Shown piece after piece: positions 38,224 through 47,540 of a stretch of DNA of 64,000 nt. Every line of letters begins with the position of its first letter. Position 1 is the first letter of the stretch. This DNA is from an uncultured Actinomycetes bacterium (GTDB lineage: Bacteria; Actinomycetota; Thermoleophilia; RBG-16-64-13). The position numbers and the translations under genes are program-made. The notes beneath the pieces are model-generated. The model searched no databases. It saw nothing but the letters and a program-made list of their open reading frames with translations, and was not told where the DNA came from. The stretch spans positions 149,561 to 213,560 of the forward strand of contig CAVPLM010000008.1 of the NCBI GenBank assembly GCA_963706025.1, in the 5' to 3' direction.

Positions 38224-39462
38224 TTAGTTCACCGTCACCGTCTCGGTCCGGGTGACCGGCAGGCCCCGCCTGCCGCACTCGGCGACAAACGCGTCGCGGA
38301 CCTCCCGGGGCAGTTCCTCGGGACAGACGATCCCGGTCTGGGCCACCCGTCCCTCGACGATCAGCTCCGCGTAGATGGAGGCGGGAGTGCTCGTCCCGTA
38401 CGACACGCTCGTGGCTCCCGGGATCCGTTCGTTGACCCACCTGATGTCCGGTGGGAAGACGGCGTAGGTGATGGTGGCGGGTTTGCCGCTCTTTTCCCCG
38501 ACACAGTCTACCGTGACGACACCGTAGTCGGTGATCTCCCCGGATAGGGCCAAGCGCGCCAACTCGTCCATGGGCGGGTTGGAGGGAAGCGTGGCCACGA
38601 AGACGTCGATGGGCCGCACTTTGGACCCGTCCTTCAGCGTGACCGGGATCTTGCTGGTCATGCCCGAGGCCACCAGGGCCATGTCGGCGTCCAAACCCTC
38701 CTCGGGACCGCCCATCTTGAAGTCCACGTAGCGCAGCCCCTTGTCGCCGTAGCGGCGGGGCAGCAGCCGGGGGAGCGTGCTCACCTCCTCGTGATCGTGG
38801 CAGATGACCACGCCCACACCGAAGGGCGCCGGGAAGGGATAGCACTCGCGACGCCCGAAGATCTCCACCCGCTTGAACTCGCCGTCCTCGAAGAGCAGCG
38901 GCGGCTGAGCGCAGTCCGTGTAATACGTCTCCTGCGACCACACTTGGAGCGGGACCGGCGAGTCGAAGATGGCGTAATCCTTGATGCGGATCTCGAAACA
39001 GCGCTCGAGGTCTTCGTAGCCGTTGGCGGCGAGGGTGTTGGTGAACCCTGGGTCCATTCCCGTACTGAGGAGGGCCAGGATGCCGTTCTTTTCAAAATCT
39101 TGCCCGAGCGTCATTTGTTCGAGATACGCCTCGTCGATAGTCTTGGTGCGGGTCTGTCCGGAGGCCATGTCCTGGTAGGCGGCGCCACCGGCCAGACAGG
39201 CACGCATGATGGGCAGGTTGTACTCGGGTATGACCGCGTTGACCACCAACCGGGCCCCGGCGGCCACCTCGGCGACAGCGGCGGTATCGGCCGCGTCGAG
39301 AAAGACCGGAGTCGTCTTGCCTCCCCCGACCCGCTCGGCGACCAACCGGGCCCGTCCCTCGTCGTAGTCGCCCAGAACGATCTCGGTGACCGCGGGATTG
39401 CGGGCCAGGTTCCAGGTGAGCACGTGGCCCTGCATCCCCGCCCCCACGATGACGACCTTCAT
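38224..39462 (-). CDS. Saccharopine dehydrogenase-like NAD(P)-dependent oxidoreductase (carboxynorspermidine dehydrogenase-like)
   Basis: GAGMQG, VVNAV, YQDMA, GMDPG, HEEV. RBS GGAGG. Confidence 0.82.
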   Translation of the reverse strand: MKVVIVGAGMQGHVLTWNLARNPAVTEIVLGDYDEGRARLVAERVGGGKTTPVFLDAADTAAVAEVAAGARLVVNAVIPEYNLPIMRACLAGGAAYQDMASGQTRTKTIDEAYLEQMTLGQDFEKNGILALLSTGMDPGFTNTLAANGYEDLERCFEIRIKDYAIFDSPVPLQVWSQETYYTDCAQPPLLFEDGEFKRVEIFGRRECYPFPAPFGVGVVICHDHEEVSTLPRLLPRRYGDKGLRYVDFKMGGPEEGLDADMALVASGMTSKIPVTLKDGSKVRPIDVFVATLPSNPPMDELARLALSGEITDYGVVTVDCVGEKSGKPATITYAVFPPDIRWVNERIPGATSVSYGTSTPASIYAELIVEGRVAQTGIVCPEELPREVRDAFVAECGRRGLPVTRTETVTVN

Positions 39463-39612
39463 GTTCGGCCTCCTCCCGGCGCTCCTGACTGCTCTAGGAG
39501 CGTCATTCATGTTCCTGACGAGTTTCTTCCACCTGCAAGGATGATATACGACCTACGGGACGAGCGCGCGGCGCGCTGATCCCGTTCCGATCGCTTCAAG
39601 CCCCCGCCGCAT

Positions 39613-39639
39613 GTTTCACACGCTATCGTGCTCGGGTAG
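39613..39639 (+). promoter_or_regulatory. sigmaB/sigmaF-type promoter
   Basis: GTTT-N17-GGGTAG just before ATG 39644 and GTG 39650, so probably leaderless. Confidence 0.6.
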
Positions 39640-39643
39640 TCTC

Positions 39644-40639
39644 ATGCCCGTGAAGAAACCGAGTAGGCGCCGCATGATCATCTACGCGCTGGTGGCTTTT
39701 CTGCTGCTGGTCATCATAGTCGGGCCGTTCCTCGTGCCGGTACGTCCCCTCAAGGGGACCGTGCCTCCCCGGGAGTTGGCCGATCCTGACAGCCGCTTCA
39801 TCCCGATGGGTGACGCCGTGGACACCGCCACCCTCGACGTGCACTTCAAGGACGTCGGGGCGGGTGAGCCTGCGATCCTACTGCTTCACGGCTTCGGGGG
39901 CAGCACGTTCTCCTGGAGGGACGTGTCGCCCGATTTGGCCCCAGAGCACCGGGTGGTGGCCTTCGACCGTCCCGGGTTCGGCCTTACCACCCGTCCTCTC
40001 CACGGCGACTGGGCAAAGACCAACCCATACTCGCTGGAGGGGCAGGTCCAACTGACGGTCGCCATGATGGATGACCTGGGTCTGGAAGAGGCAGTGCTCG
40101 TCGGCCACTCCGCCGGGGGCACGCTCGCACTCCAGATGGCGCTCTCGCATCCGGAGCGGGTGAAGGCTCTGGTGCTGGTGGCGCCGGCCGTATACGGCGG
40201 CGGTCCACCCACCTGGATCAAGCCACTGCTCTACATCCCCCAGATCCGTCACCTCGGACCGCTTGTGGCTCGGCGGCTGGTCGGCGCGCTGGAATCGATC
40301 CTTGATCGCTCTTACGCAGATCCCTCCCTCATCACGTCCGAGGTCCGCGAAGGGTACAAGAAGCCGCTGCGGGTCGACGACTGGGACCGCGGTCTGTGGG
40401 AGCTATCCCTTGCCGGCGGCTCGGGGGACCTGGCCGAACGCCTGAGCGACATCAAGGTCCCCACCTTGGTGATAACCGGCGACTCCGACGAGATCGTCTC
40501 GCCAGAGGACAGCGCGAGAGTGGCATCCGCCGTCCCCGGCGCCGAGCTCGTGGTCATCCCGCGGGCAGGCCATCTGGTGATGGAAGAGAGACCCGCCGAG
40601 TTCCTAAGGTCACTCGGCCGATTCTTGGAAGCGCTCTAA
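39644..40639 (+). CDS. Membrane-anchored alpha/beta hydrolase
   Basis: N-terminal TM helix, LLHGFGG, DRPGFG, nucleophile GHSAGG, GDSDEIV, GHLVMEE. Confidence 0.92.
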   Translation: MPVKKPSRRRMIIYALVAFLLLVIIVGPFLVPVRPLKGTVPPRELADPDSRFIPMGDAVDTATLDVHFKDVGAGEPAILLLHGFGGSTFSWRDVSPDLAPEHRVVAFDRPGFGLTTRPLHGDWAKTNPYSLEGQVQLTVAMMDDLGLEEAVLVGHSAGGTLALQMALSHPERVKALVLVAPAVYGGGPPTWIKPLLYIPQIRHLGPLVARRLVGALESILDRSYADPSLITSEVREGYKKPLRVDDWDRGLWELSLAGGSGDLAERLSDIKVPTLVITGDSDEIVSPEDSARVASAVPGAELVVIPRAGHLVMEERPAEFLRSLGRFLEAL

Positions 40640-40775
40640 TACTGGACGATCTTCTGTCCGAGGTCGGTCCGGAGCGTTCCCAGCTCGGGGTCCAGGAGTC
40701 CCTATACTATGCTGCGCTACAGGCTCCGCCGTATCAATGACAGGCGGTCGTCCAGTTCGCGAAGCGGCGGGGAAA

Positions 40776-41058
40776 GTGAATCCAGAAGTGCCCGACCAGA
40801 AATGTCAGGAGACCCTTCGCGATCTGCTTCTCGGGCTGCCGGGAGTCCGTGAAGGTAGACGTGGTCGGGATCAGAGTGCCCGAAGAGCTCGCTCGACACC
40901 TGCTCGACGACTCGCGCTTTGCCCCATTCCAGCCCCGCAGCAGAGGTAAGATGCGCGAATGGATGCAGTTCCCGTGCGCGCCGCGCGAGTAGATCGGGGA
41001 CTACCAGGAGGTGCTCCTAGCCGCGTACGAGTTCGTCGGGAGTAGCGGCGAGGTCTAG
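40776..41058 (+). pseudogene. Degraded TfoX/YjbR-like gene
   Basis: LLLGLPGVREG, then an internal deletion or frameshift, then FQPRSRGKMREWMQ, an in-frame TAG at 40990 and LLAAYEFV. Confidence 0.5.
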
Positions 41059-41282
41059 AGCCCTAGCCTGAGCGGTCCCGCTCACTCGGCCGTGAAGTAT
41101 GCGGCGATCTTGGCGGCCTCCCGATCCACGGTGGACAAGTCGACGAGGTCCGGCGCCCGCGTCTTGAGAAGCGTCACCCACTCGCCGAGCTGTTCGCGCT
41201 GGGCCCTCCGCCGCGCCCGCCGTCGCGGAGCCGGGCCGCCGAGACCCCCTCGGGCCCTAACGGCTCAGGACGATCTGGGCGT

Positions 41283-42002
41283 TCATGCGAGCAACGACAA
41301 CGCGGCGGCGACCCCGAATCCCAACACAGTGAAGAGACCCACCAGCTTCCCCCCATGCTCAAAGGCCTCCGGCATCATGGCGTCGGCCAGCATGGTCAGC
41401 ATGGCCCCAGCGGCGAAGGCTTGAGCCAGACGCCCGTCCGCGGTGGGAAGCCACTGGATCAGGCCGTAACCCAGGGCGGCGCTGGCAGCCGAGACCAGGA
41501 CCAGTGAGATCCACATCCAGAGCATGTTGCGTCGTGAGTGACCCGCAGCAGCCAGGTTCACGGTTCCAGCAATCCCCTCCGGGAGGTTGGAGACGAATAC
41601 CGCCACGAGGAACGCCACGCTTATGGAGCCGCCCAGAGACAGACCCATTCCCAACACAAGCGACTCGGGGATATTGTCGAGCAGCGTGCCGACGAAAACA
41701 GCCGCGCCGGAACCTTCCTCCTGCTTACCCCGGATACTCTTCCGGTGCGCGCCTCCCTGACGATCTACGAGCCAATCACCCACGAAGAAGGCCAGGGCGC
41801 CCATCACGAAGAACGCAGCCATGCCCCAGCCGCCGATCTTCGACTCGGGCACCAACTCGTAGGCGATGGCACTGATCAGTGCTCCGGCGCCGAAACCCAT
41901 GACCATGCCGATGGTCCGGTTGGAAAGTCCGCGCTCGGCAAGCAGATACCCGAGCAACAGCGAGCTTGCCGCCAACCCTCCCCACAGAAATGCCGAGAAC
42001 AT
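41283..42002 (-). CDS. ZIP family metal transporter
   Basis: FGAGALISA, LDNIPES, SNLPEG, FAAGAMLTMLADAMMPEAF. Confidence 0.9.
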   Translation of the reverse strand: MFSAFLWGGLAASSLLLGYLLAERGLSNRTIGMVMGFGAGALISAIAYELVPESKIGGWGMAAFFVMGALAFFVGDWLVDRQGGAHRKSIRGKQEEGSGAAVFVGTLLDNIPESLVLGMGLSLGGSISVAFLVAVFVSNLPEGIAGTVNLAAAGHSRRNMLWMWISLVLVSAASAALGYGLIQWLPTADGRLAQAFAAGAMLTMLADAMMPEAFEHGGKLVGLFTVLGFGVAAALSLLA

Positions 42003-42115
42003 CCAAATTCCTCCACCATGCGCTCGGACTCAGCCGCGAGGCAGACCTGCCAGTCGTCCCTACGCCACCGCCCTCACCACAGTATCAGTAGTCGTCGAAG
42101 GCCGGCGGAATCGCT

Positions 42116-43264
42116 CTATACGGGAGACGTCGTTTGAGGCTCGGTCTCGCTCTCCCGAGCGATGCTTGAGGGCACCGCCTGGACCACCGGCTGGATCGCA
42201 CTCGACTGTCGACCGTGGCGCACTTCTCGCACGGTCAGTATGGCCAGGGCGACCAAGATCAGCCCCATGCCCACCGCCTCCAGGGCTCCTGGTCGCTCCC
42301 CGAGTTGGATCCAGGCCGCCATGACACCCACGACCGGGACGGCCAGGCTGCTGATGCCGGCGGTGCCGGTGGGCAAAGTGTGCAGGATGTAGAGCCATAG
42401 CACCCAGGTGAGCGCACCGGCCGGCACCACGTTGAAGGCCAGCGCTGCGATGAAACTGGCGTTCCAGGTGGGAGTGGTCGTCGCCGTCATAAGGGCGACC
42501 ACTATCAGGGGGATCGAACCGATCAGGCCCTGCCAGGCTATGAGCGACAGCATATCGACCTCGTGATGCTTGCGCAGGACCTTGACCACGACGGAGCTCA
42601 CCGCCCAGACGAACCCCGCGCTCAAGGCGAGCAGGCTGCTCTTAAGCCCGTGAAGATTCCAGGGGCCGAGAACGAACACCAGACCTGCGAACGCGAGCAC
42701 GACAGAGGCCCACTGAAGCCCTCTTACCGGTTCGCCGAGCAATGGCCAGGCGATCAGTAGAAGCCAGAAGGGCATGGTGTAGGCGAGAACGGATGTCTTG
42801 CCGGCACCACCGCTGTAGACGGCCCACATGATGAGTCCAACGAAGGCGGCCGTCTGGAGGAGGCCGAAGACCGCGGTCAGCCGGAAGGCCACGGGGCGCA
42901 GCGGGCGGCGAAGTGCGGCCACCAGCGCGAACATGAAGACCGCTCCGACGAAGGTGCGAAGAGCAGCAAACGTGAACGGCTCGGCGTACTGCATGCCGAC
43001 CTTCATCACCACCCAGTTGTATCCCCAGAGGAGAGCCAGCAGGACGAGCGCCGCAAAAGGGAGGTAGGCGGCCCGCCGGTTGGAGGCGGCCCGACCGGCG
43101 ACCGCGACCGGGGCGGCGGCGGCGACCGGGGCGACGGAAGCGACCGGGGCGGCGGTTGCAGAACGCTGTGAGGGCGAGTGATCACCTGGAGAGTCCTCGC
43201 GCGGCCGAAGCCCCCCGACACGTTGGTCGCCTTCGTCTATCCCCAGGTCCTCATCCAGCGCCAT
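42116..43264 (-). CDS. EamA/DMT family transporter (paralogue of 28497-29496)
   Basis: LALLWGYNWVVMK...EPFTFAALR, GAGKTSVLAYTMPFW, WIQLGERP. The start is uncertain. Confidence 0.88.
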   Translation of the reverse strand: MALDEDLGIDEGDQRVGGLRPREDSPGDHSPSQRSATAAPVASVAPVAAAAPVAVAGRAASNRRAAYLPFAALVLLALLWGYNWVVMKVGMQYAEPFTFAALRTFVGAVFMFALVAALRRPLRPVAFRLTAVFGLLQTAAFVGLIMWAVYSGGAGKTSVLAYTMPFWLLLIAWPLLGEPVRGLQWASVVLAFAGLVFVLGPWNLHGLKSSLLALSAGFVWAVSSVVVKVLRKHHEVDMLSLIAWQGLIGSIPLIVVALMTATTTPTWNASFIAALAFNVVPAGALTWVLWLYILHTLPTGTAGISSLAVPVVGVMAAWIQLGERPGALEAVGMGLILVALAILTVREVRHGRQSSAIQPVVQAVPSSIARESETEPQTTSPV

Positions 43265-43373
43265 AGTGGCACTGTAGCCCAATTTGTGAGGCAGGGTGAA
43301 TCCCGGCCGTGTCGCCATCCGGCAACAGTGACGGATGCCGACTCACTTGTCGACTACCCCGCCCTTTTTCCGG

Positions 43374-44014
43374 CTATGGGGCCAGACCTCGAACGAGTAT
43401 GTCTAGCGCGCCGGCCGCAGGCGGAGGGAAGTCCCCGGAGGCAGGGAGGTCTCCCTGAGCGGCAAAGTGTGCGCTCAGGGCTCGCTCCATGCCGGAGGCG
43501 AAGGGCACCGAGACAACAACGGCTGCGGCCTCGACGGCGTCGATGTCCCGTCGGATCCTGCCCAACTCCTGCTCCGCTCGAATGTACTCAGCCACCATCG
43601 TCACCGGTTCTGGTCGTTCGAATCCCGCCAGAGCATTCTTCTGCACGTGAGCGCCGAAGCTCCTCGCCAGCTCGGGGTCGGCCCACATCGACGCCATGAG
43701 CGATGACACCTGCGCCTGCATGCCGCCGACCAGGGAGAAGAGGTGCTCCAGGTTGCCGCGCACTGTGCCTTGTCCGGCACGTTCAGGCAGTCGCCGGAGC
43801 TCCTCCCCTATGCCCAATGTGGAGAGAGAAACACCTCGTGGAAGAGATCGTACTTGTCGACGAAGTGCCGGTAGATGGTGCCCTCCGCCAACCCAGCCGT
43901 CCGCGCGATCTCTCGGGTCGTCGCCCGCGCGAAACCGCGTTGCAGGAATACCTCGAGAGCCGCATCGATCAGAGCCTGGCGAGTGTCGGTCCCGCGTGCT
44001 GCTGAGGCAGTCAC
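43374..44014 (-). CDS. TetR/AcrR family regulator, frameshifted in a (GA)4 tract near 43825
   Basis: HTH GFARATTREIARTAGLAEGTIYRHF. Deleting one dinucleotide joins it to GIGEELRRLPERAG...YIRAEQELGRIR. Confidence 0.85.
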
Positions 44015-44041
44015 ATGTCCTCCTGATGAGTCGCGTGCGCC

Positions 44042-44833
44042 CTAGGCCGTGATATCCCGGCGATGGAAGGTGGCGGCCGCGATCGCGAGTGTCACGACGA
44101 CGTACCCGACGGCCGTCAGCAGACCCGTGCTGAAAGCCATGTCACTCGTTCCTCCCGCGGCGACAGCCGAGAAAGACGAGCCGGGCAGCCACTTCGCCCC
44201 ACTGTCCAGAAGCATACCAAACAGCATTTCAAATACGAGCAGATAGCCGATGCCCACGGCAATGGAGATTCCGGTGCTACGCGTCATGACCCCCACGAAA
44301 AGCCCCATGAATCCCCACATCAGTGCGGACAGAGTCATGTGAAGATAGCCATCGATCATCGTACTCGCCAACCCATCCCGCCAGGCATCGGCGGAGATCC
44401 CCGTCGCACCCGCGATCGCCGGCGAGGCGATCAGGACCACGACCGTCGTGACCAGGGTGGCCACACACGTGAACAGCGTCAGCGCCACCACCTTGCCTCC
44501 GAGCAGCCGTAGACGACGGGGCTCGGCTTGGACGAGCAAACGTATCAACCCGTTCGAATAGTCGGACGACACTGCGATAGCCCATATGGCGAGTGCGACT
44601 ATCCCCCACATGTTGGCGCCATTCCTCAGTCCGGTGAACATCCCATCGGAGGCTTCGAGCACCGCCACCGAGACCGCCTGTCCGCCGGGAGGCACCATCG
44701 CGGAGCCTCCCGTGGCCGTGAAGAAGACGATGATGGTAACAATGAGACCGAGCGCGGCCATCAAGCCGATGCCCCCAAGGATGTAGTAGGGATTCTTCAG
44801 ACGGGCCCATTCACAACGGATCGCCCGGATCAT
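44042..44833 (-). CDS. ABC-2 type exporter permease
   Basis: AIRCEW, SDYSNGLIRLL..EPRR, WLPG, FHRRDI; about six TM helices. Confidence 0.88.
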   Translation of the reverse strand: MIRAIRCEWARLKNPYYILGGIGLMAALGLIVTIIVFFTATGGSAMVPPGGQAVSVAVLEASDGMFTGLRNGANMWGIVALAIWAIAVSSDYSNGLIRLLVQAEPRRLRLLGGKVVALTLFTCVATLVTTVVVLIASPAIAGATGISADAWRDGLASTMIDGYLHMTLSALMWGFMGLFVGVMTRSTGISIAVGIGYLLVFEMLFGMLLDSGAKWLPGSSFSAVAAGGTSDMAFSTGLLTAVGYVVVTLAIAAATFHRRDITA

Positions 44834-45774
44834 GACTTCACCTCGAGGTTGTCGACGAGCCAGCCGTTGTCACCCGATTCGGCACCAGTCATGCGTAGGA
44901 ACACTTCCTCCAGACTCGCCTCCTGCGGCCGCAAAGCCCGCAAGGTGATCCCGGCCTCTGCGGCGGCACGATTCACGTCCGCCGCCTGCGAAACCGGTGC
45001 CACCACATGAACCTCTTCTTCCAGGGCGGTCACCTTCCAGCCCCGGGACCGGAGGGACTCGGCCAGGCGGCCGACGTCGCCTGGATGCTCCGGCACTGTC
45101 TCGATGCTCTCGCCGGCCTGCGTGACCAGATCCTCCAGCGGGCCATAGAAGAGAAGCTCTCCGTGCCGGATCACGGCAAGACGGTCGCAGGCTGTCTCGA
45201 TCTCGCTGAGCAAGTGCGATGACACGATGACGGTGCGACCATCGTCTCCAAGCGCCCGCAGAAGCCCGCGCATCTCGACGATACCGGCGGGGTCGAGGCC
45301 GTTGGTCGGTTCGTCGAGCACGAGCAGTTCCGCGTCGGGGAGCAGGGCGGCGGCGATACCGAGGCGCTGCTTCATGCCGAGCGAGAAGCGCTTCACCGGT
45401 TCTTTGCTGCGACCCAAGAGCCCGACGGTATCGAGAACTTGATCAACGCGAGCATCGGAGAGGCCGCGAAGACGCGCCAGCGAACGCAAGTTGCTACGTG
45501 CAGAAAGGGAAGGGACAAACGCGGGACTCTCGATCAGCGCCCCGACGCGATGCGCGTATTCTCGGGGATGAGAGATCGGTGAGTCGAATACCGTGGCACT
45601 GCCGCCGCTGGGTCTTATGAGACCCAGCAAGAGCCTGATGAGAGTGGACTTGCCGGAACCGTTTGGTCCCACCAGGCCGATGACTCCCGCTCCTGAGATC
45701 TCTAGATCAAGCTCCTGTACCGCGACGATATCGCCAAAACGACGGCTGAGCTTGTCGGTTTGTATGATGGACAC
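44830..45774 (-). CDS. ABC exporter ATP-binding protein (BcrA-like)
   Basis: GPNGSGKST, FSLGMKQR, LDEPTNGLD, SSHLL. Confidence 0.93.
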   Translation of the reverse strand: MSIIQTDKLSRRFGDIVAVQELDLEISGAGVIGLVGPNGSGKSTLIRLLLGLIRPSGGSATVFDSPISHPREYAHRVGALIESPAFVPSLSARSNLRSLARLRGLSDARVDQVLDTVGLLGRSKEPVKRFSLGMKQRLGIAAALLPDAELLVLDEPTNGLDPAGIVEMRGLLRALGDDGRTVIVSSHLLSEIETACDRLAVIRHGELLFYGPLEDLVTQAGESIETVPEHPGDVGRLAESLRSRGWKVTALEEEVHVVAPVSQAADVNRAAAEAGITLRALRPQEASLEEVFLRMTGAESGDNGWLVDNLEVKS

Positions 45775-45793
45775 CTATACCTCCACTGTCGGG

Positions 45794-45836
45794 GTGAACG
45801 CTCACTCATTCTAGCGGGTGGGCGCTCACTTTTCAA
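45794..45836 (-). promoter_or_regulatory. sigma70 promoter with two palindromic TetR-type operators
   Basis: Minus-strand TTGAAA-N17-TAGAAT (45836-45808). GTGAACGCTCAC (45794-45805) and GTGGGCGCTCAC (45818-45829) are each one mismatch from the palindrome GTGAGCGCTCAC. Confidence 0.8.
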
Positions 45837-45952
45837 GGAGGTCCACAACAGACCCACGGCTCCAGAGCGCGTTTGCGGAAGCGTTCAGTGGTGAGCCGAG
45901 ACATCCGGTCGGCGGTGCACTCCAGAGACCCCGCTGCTGGTAAGCTCTTGAC

Positions 45953-47446
45953 ATGGAAAGCACCGACCTCATTCTGCTCACCGGGGGGACCGGCTACATC
46001 GGAGGACGGTTGATCCGGCCCCTGGAGGCCACCGGCCGTCCCCTTCGCCTGATGGCGCGGGATCCCGAGCGTCTGCGGCCGGCCGACGCACCGGCGTCGT
46101 TCGTCCCGCGTCTAACGGAGACGACGGAGTTGGTTCGCGGAGACCTGTTCGATCCACCGTCGCTGGTCGAGGCGCTCACCGGCGTCGACACGGCCTACTA
46201 CCTGATGCACTCGCTTGGCACGGCCTCCGAGGACTTCTACGAGCGGGAACTCCTCGCCGCCCGGAACTTCGCGGAAGCTACCACGGCCGCGGGCGTCCGG
46301 CGCATCATCTACCTGGGTGGTCTGGGGCGCTCCGACGACAGGCTTTCGTCACATCTGGCCAGCCGCCAGGATGTCGGCCGCCTGCTCTGCGAGAGCGGGG
46401 CCGAGACCATAGAGTTCCGGGCTTCGGTGATCCTGGGCAGTGGCTCCATATCGTTCGAGATGATACGGGGTCTGGTGGATCGTGTCCCCGTGATGGTGAC
46501 CCCGAGGTGGGTGACCAACCTGACGCAGCCCGTCGCAGTGGAGGACGTGGTGAGCTACCTGGTGGCCGCGCTCGATGTGCAGGTAGGGGAGCGCTGCACC
46601 ATCTACGAGATCGGAGGGGCGGACAGGGTGTCCTATGCGGGTATGATGCAGACCTACGCCCGCTCGCAGGGTCTGAGACGGCCGATGATCAAGCTCCCCT
46701 GGCTCACGCCTCGTGTCTCCTCGGGCTGGCTCGCGCTGGTGACGCCGCTGTACTACCGGGTGGGGCGCCACCTTCTTGAAGGTGTGCGTAACGAGACCGT
46801 GGTGACGAGCGATGCCGCAGCCCGCGACTTCTCCCACATCAGGCCCATGGGCATAGAGGCAGCGATCGCCCGGTCACTCGCGAACGAAGATCGAGAGTAC
46901 GCGGAGACTCGCTGGAGCGACGCTCGCTCCACCTCCCCGCCTCCCAAGCACTGGCCGGCCGAACGCGTCGGCCGGCGCTACACCGACCAGCGCACCGTGG
47001 ACGTGCCCTGCCCCCCCAGCCAGGCTTTCGAGGCCATCCTCTGCATCGGGGGACGGAAGGGCTGGTACGCGTGGACCTGGCTCTGGGGTCTGCGCGGCCT
47101 GCTGGACCAGATCAGCGGCGGCGTGGGCTCCCGCCGCGGCCGCCGCGACCCCACCTGCGTGATCCCCGGTGACACCTTGGACTTCTGGCGCGTCGAGGAA
47201 TTGGAGCCGGACCGGCTGCTGCGCCTAGCGGCCGAGATGCGTGCACCCGGCAGAGGATGGCTTCAGTTTGAGCTGATCCCTCTGGCGGACGGGCAGACCC
47301 GCATCGTGCAGACCGCTACATGGGACCCGGTGGGTCTCTCCGGCCACCTTTACTGGTTTTCCATGTGGCCCTTGCACGAGTTCATATTCCGCGACATGAT
47401 CAAGGGCATCGCCAGGGACAGCGGCTGCCTTGCCTTGCGCGACTAG
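45953..47446 (+). CDS. SDR/NAD(P)-binding + DUF2867 protein (YbjT-like)
   Basis: LTGGTGYIGG, AYYLMHSL, SSHLASRQ, GSGSISFE, LDFWRVE, AEMRAPG, LYWFSMWPLHEFIF. Confidence 0.9.
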   Translation: MESTDLILLTGGTGYIGGRLIRPLEATGRPLRLMARDPERLRPADAPASFVPRLTETTELVRGDLFDPPSLVEALTGVDTAYYLMHSLGTASEDFYERELLAARNFAEATTAAGVRRIIYLGGLGRSDDRLSSHLASRQDVGRLLCESGAETIEFRASVILGSGSISFEMIRGLVDRVPVMVTPRWVTNLTQPVAVEDVVSYLVAALDVQVGERCTIYEIGGADRVSYAGMMQTYARSQGLRRPMIKLPWLTPRVSSGWLALVTPLYYRVGRHLLEGVRNETVVTSDAAARDFSHIRPMGIEAAIARSLANEDREYAETRWSDARSTSPPPKHWPAERVGRRYTDQRTVDVPCPPSQAFEAILCIGGRKGWYAWTWLWGLRGLLDQISGGVGSRRGRRDPTCVIPGDTLDFWRVEELEPDRLLRLAAEMRAPGRGWLQFELIPLADGQTRIVQTATWDPVGLSGHLYWFSMWPLHEFIFRDMIKGIARDSGCLALRD

Positions 47447-47540
47447 AACAACTTAAATGGTGGTACTCCACTTGAGGTGGCCAGGCACGGAGACCGCCGC
47501 CCCGCTCGAAGACATAGCAAGAGACAAGGGAGGAAGATCG

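Noticed and set aside
41082-41225. Short minus-strand coding-like remnant (…QLGEWVTLLKTRAPDLVDLSTVDREAAKIAAYFTAE)
   Set aside because: It has no start or RBS and no family I can recognise, so it is too weak to call.
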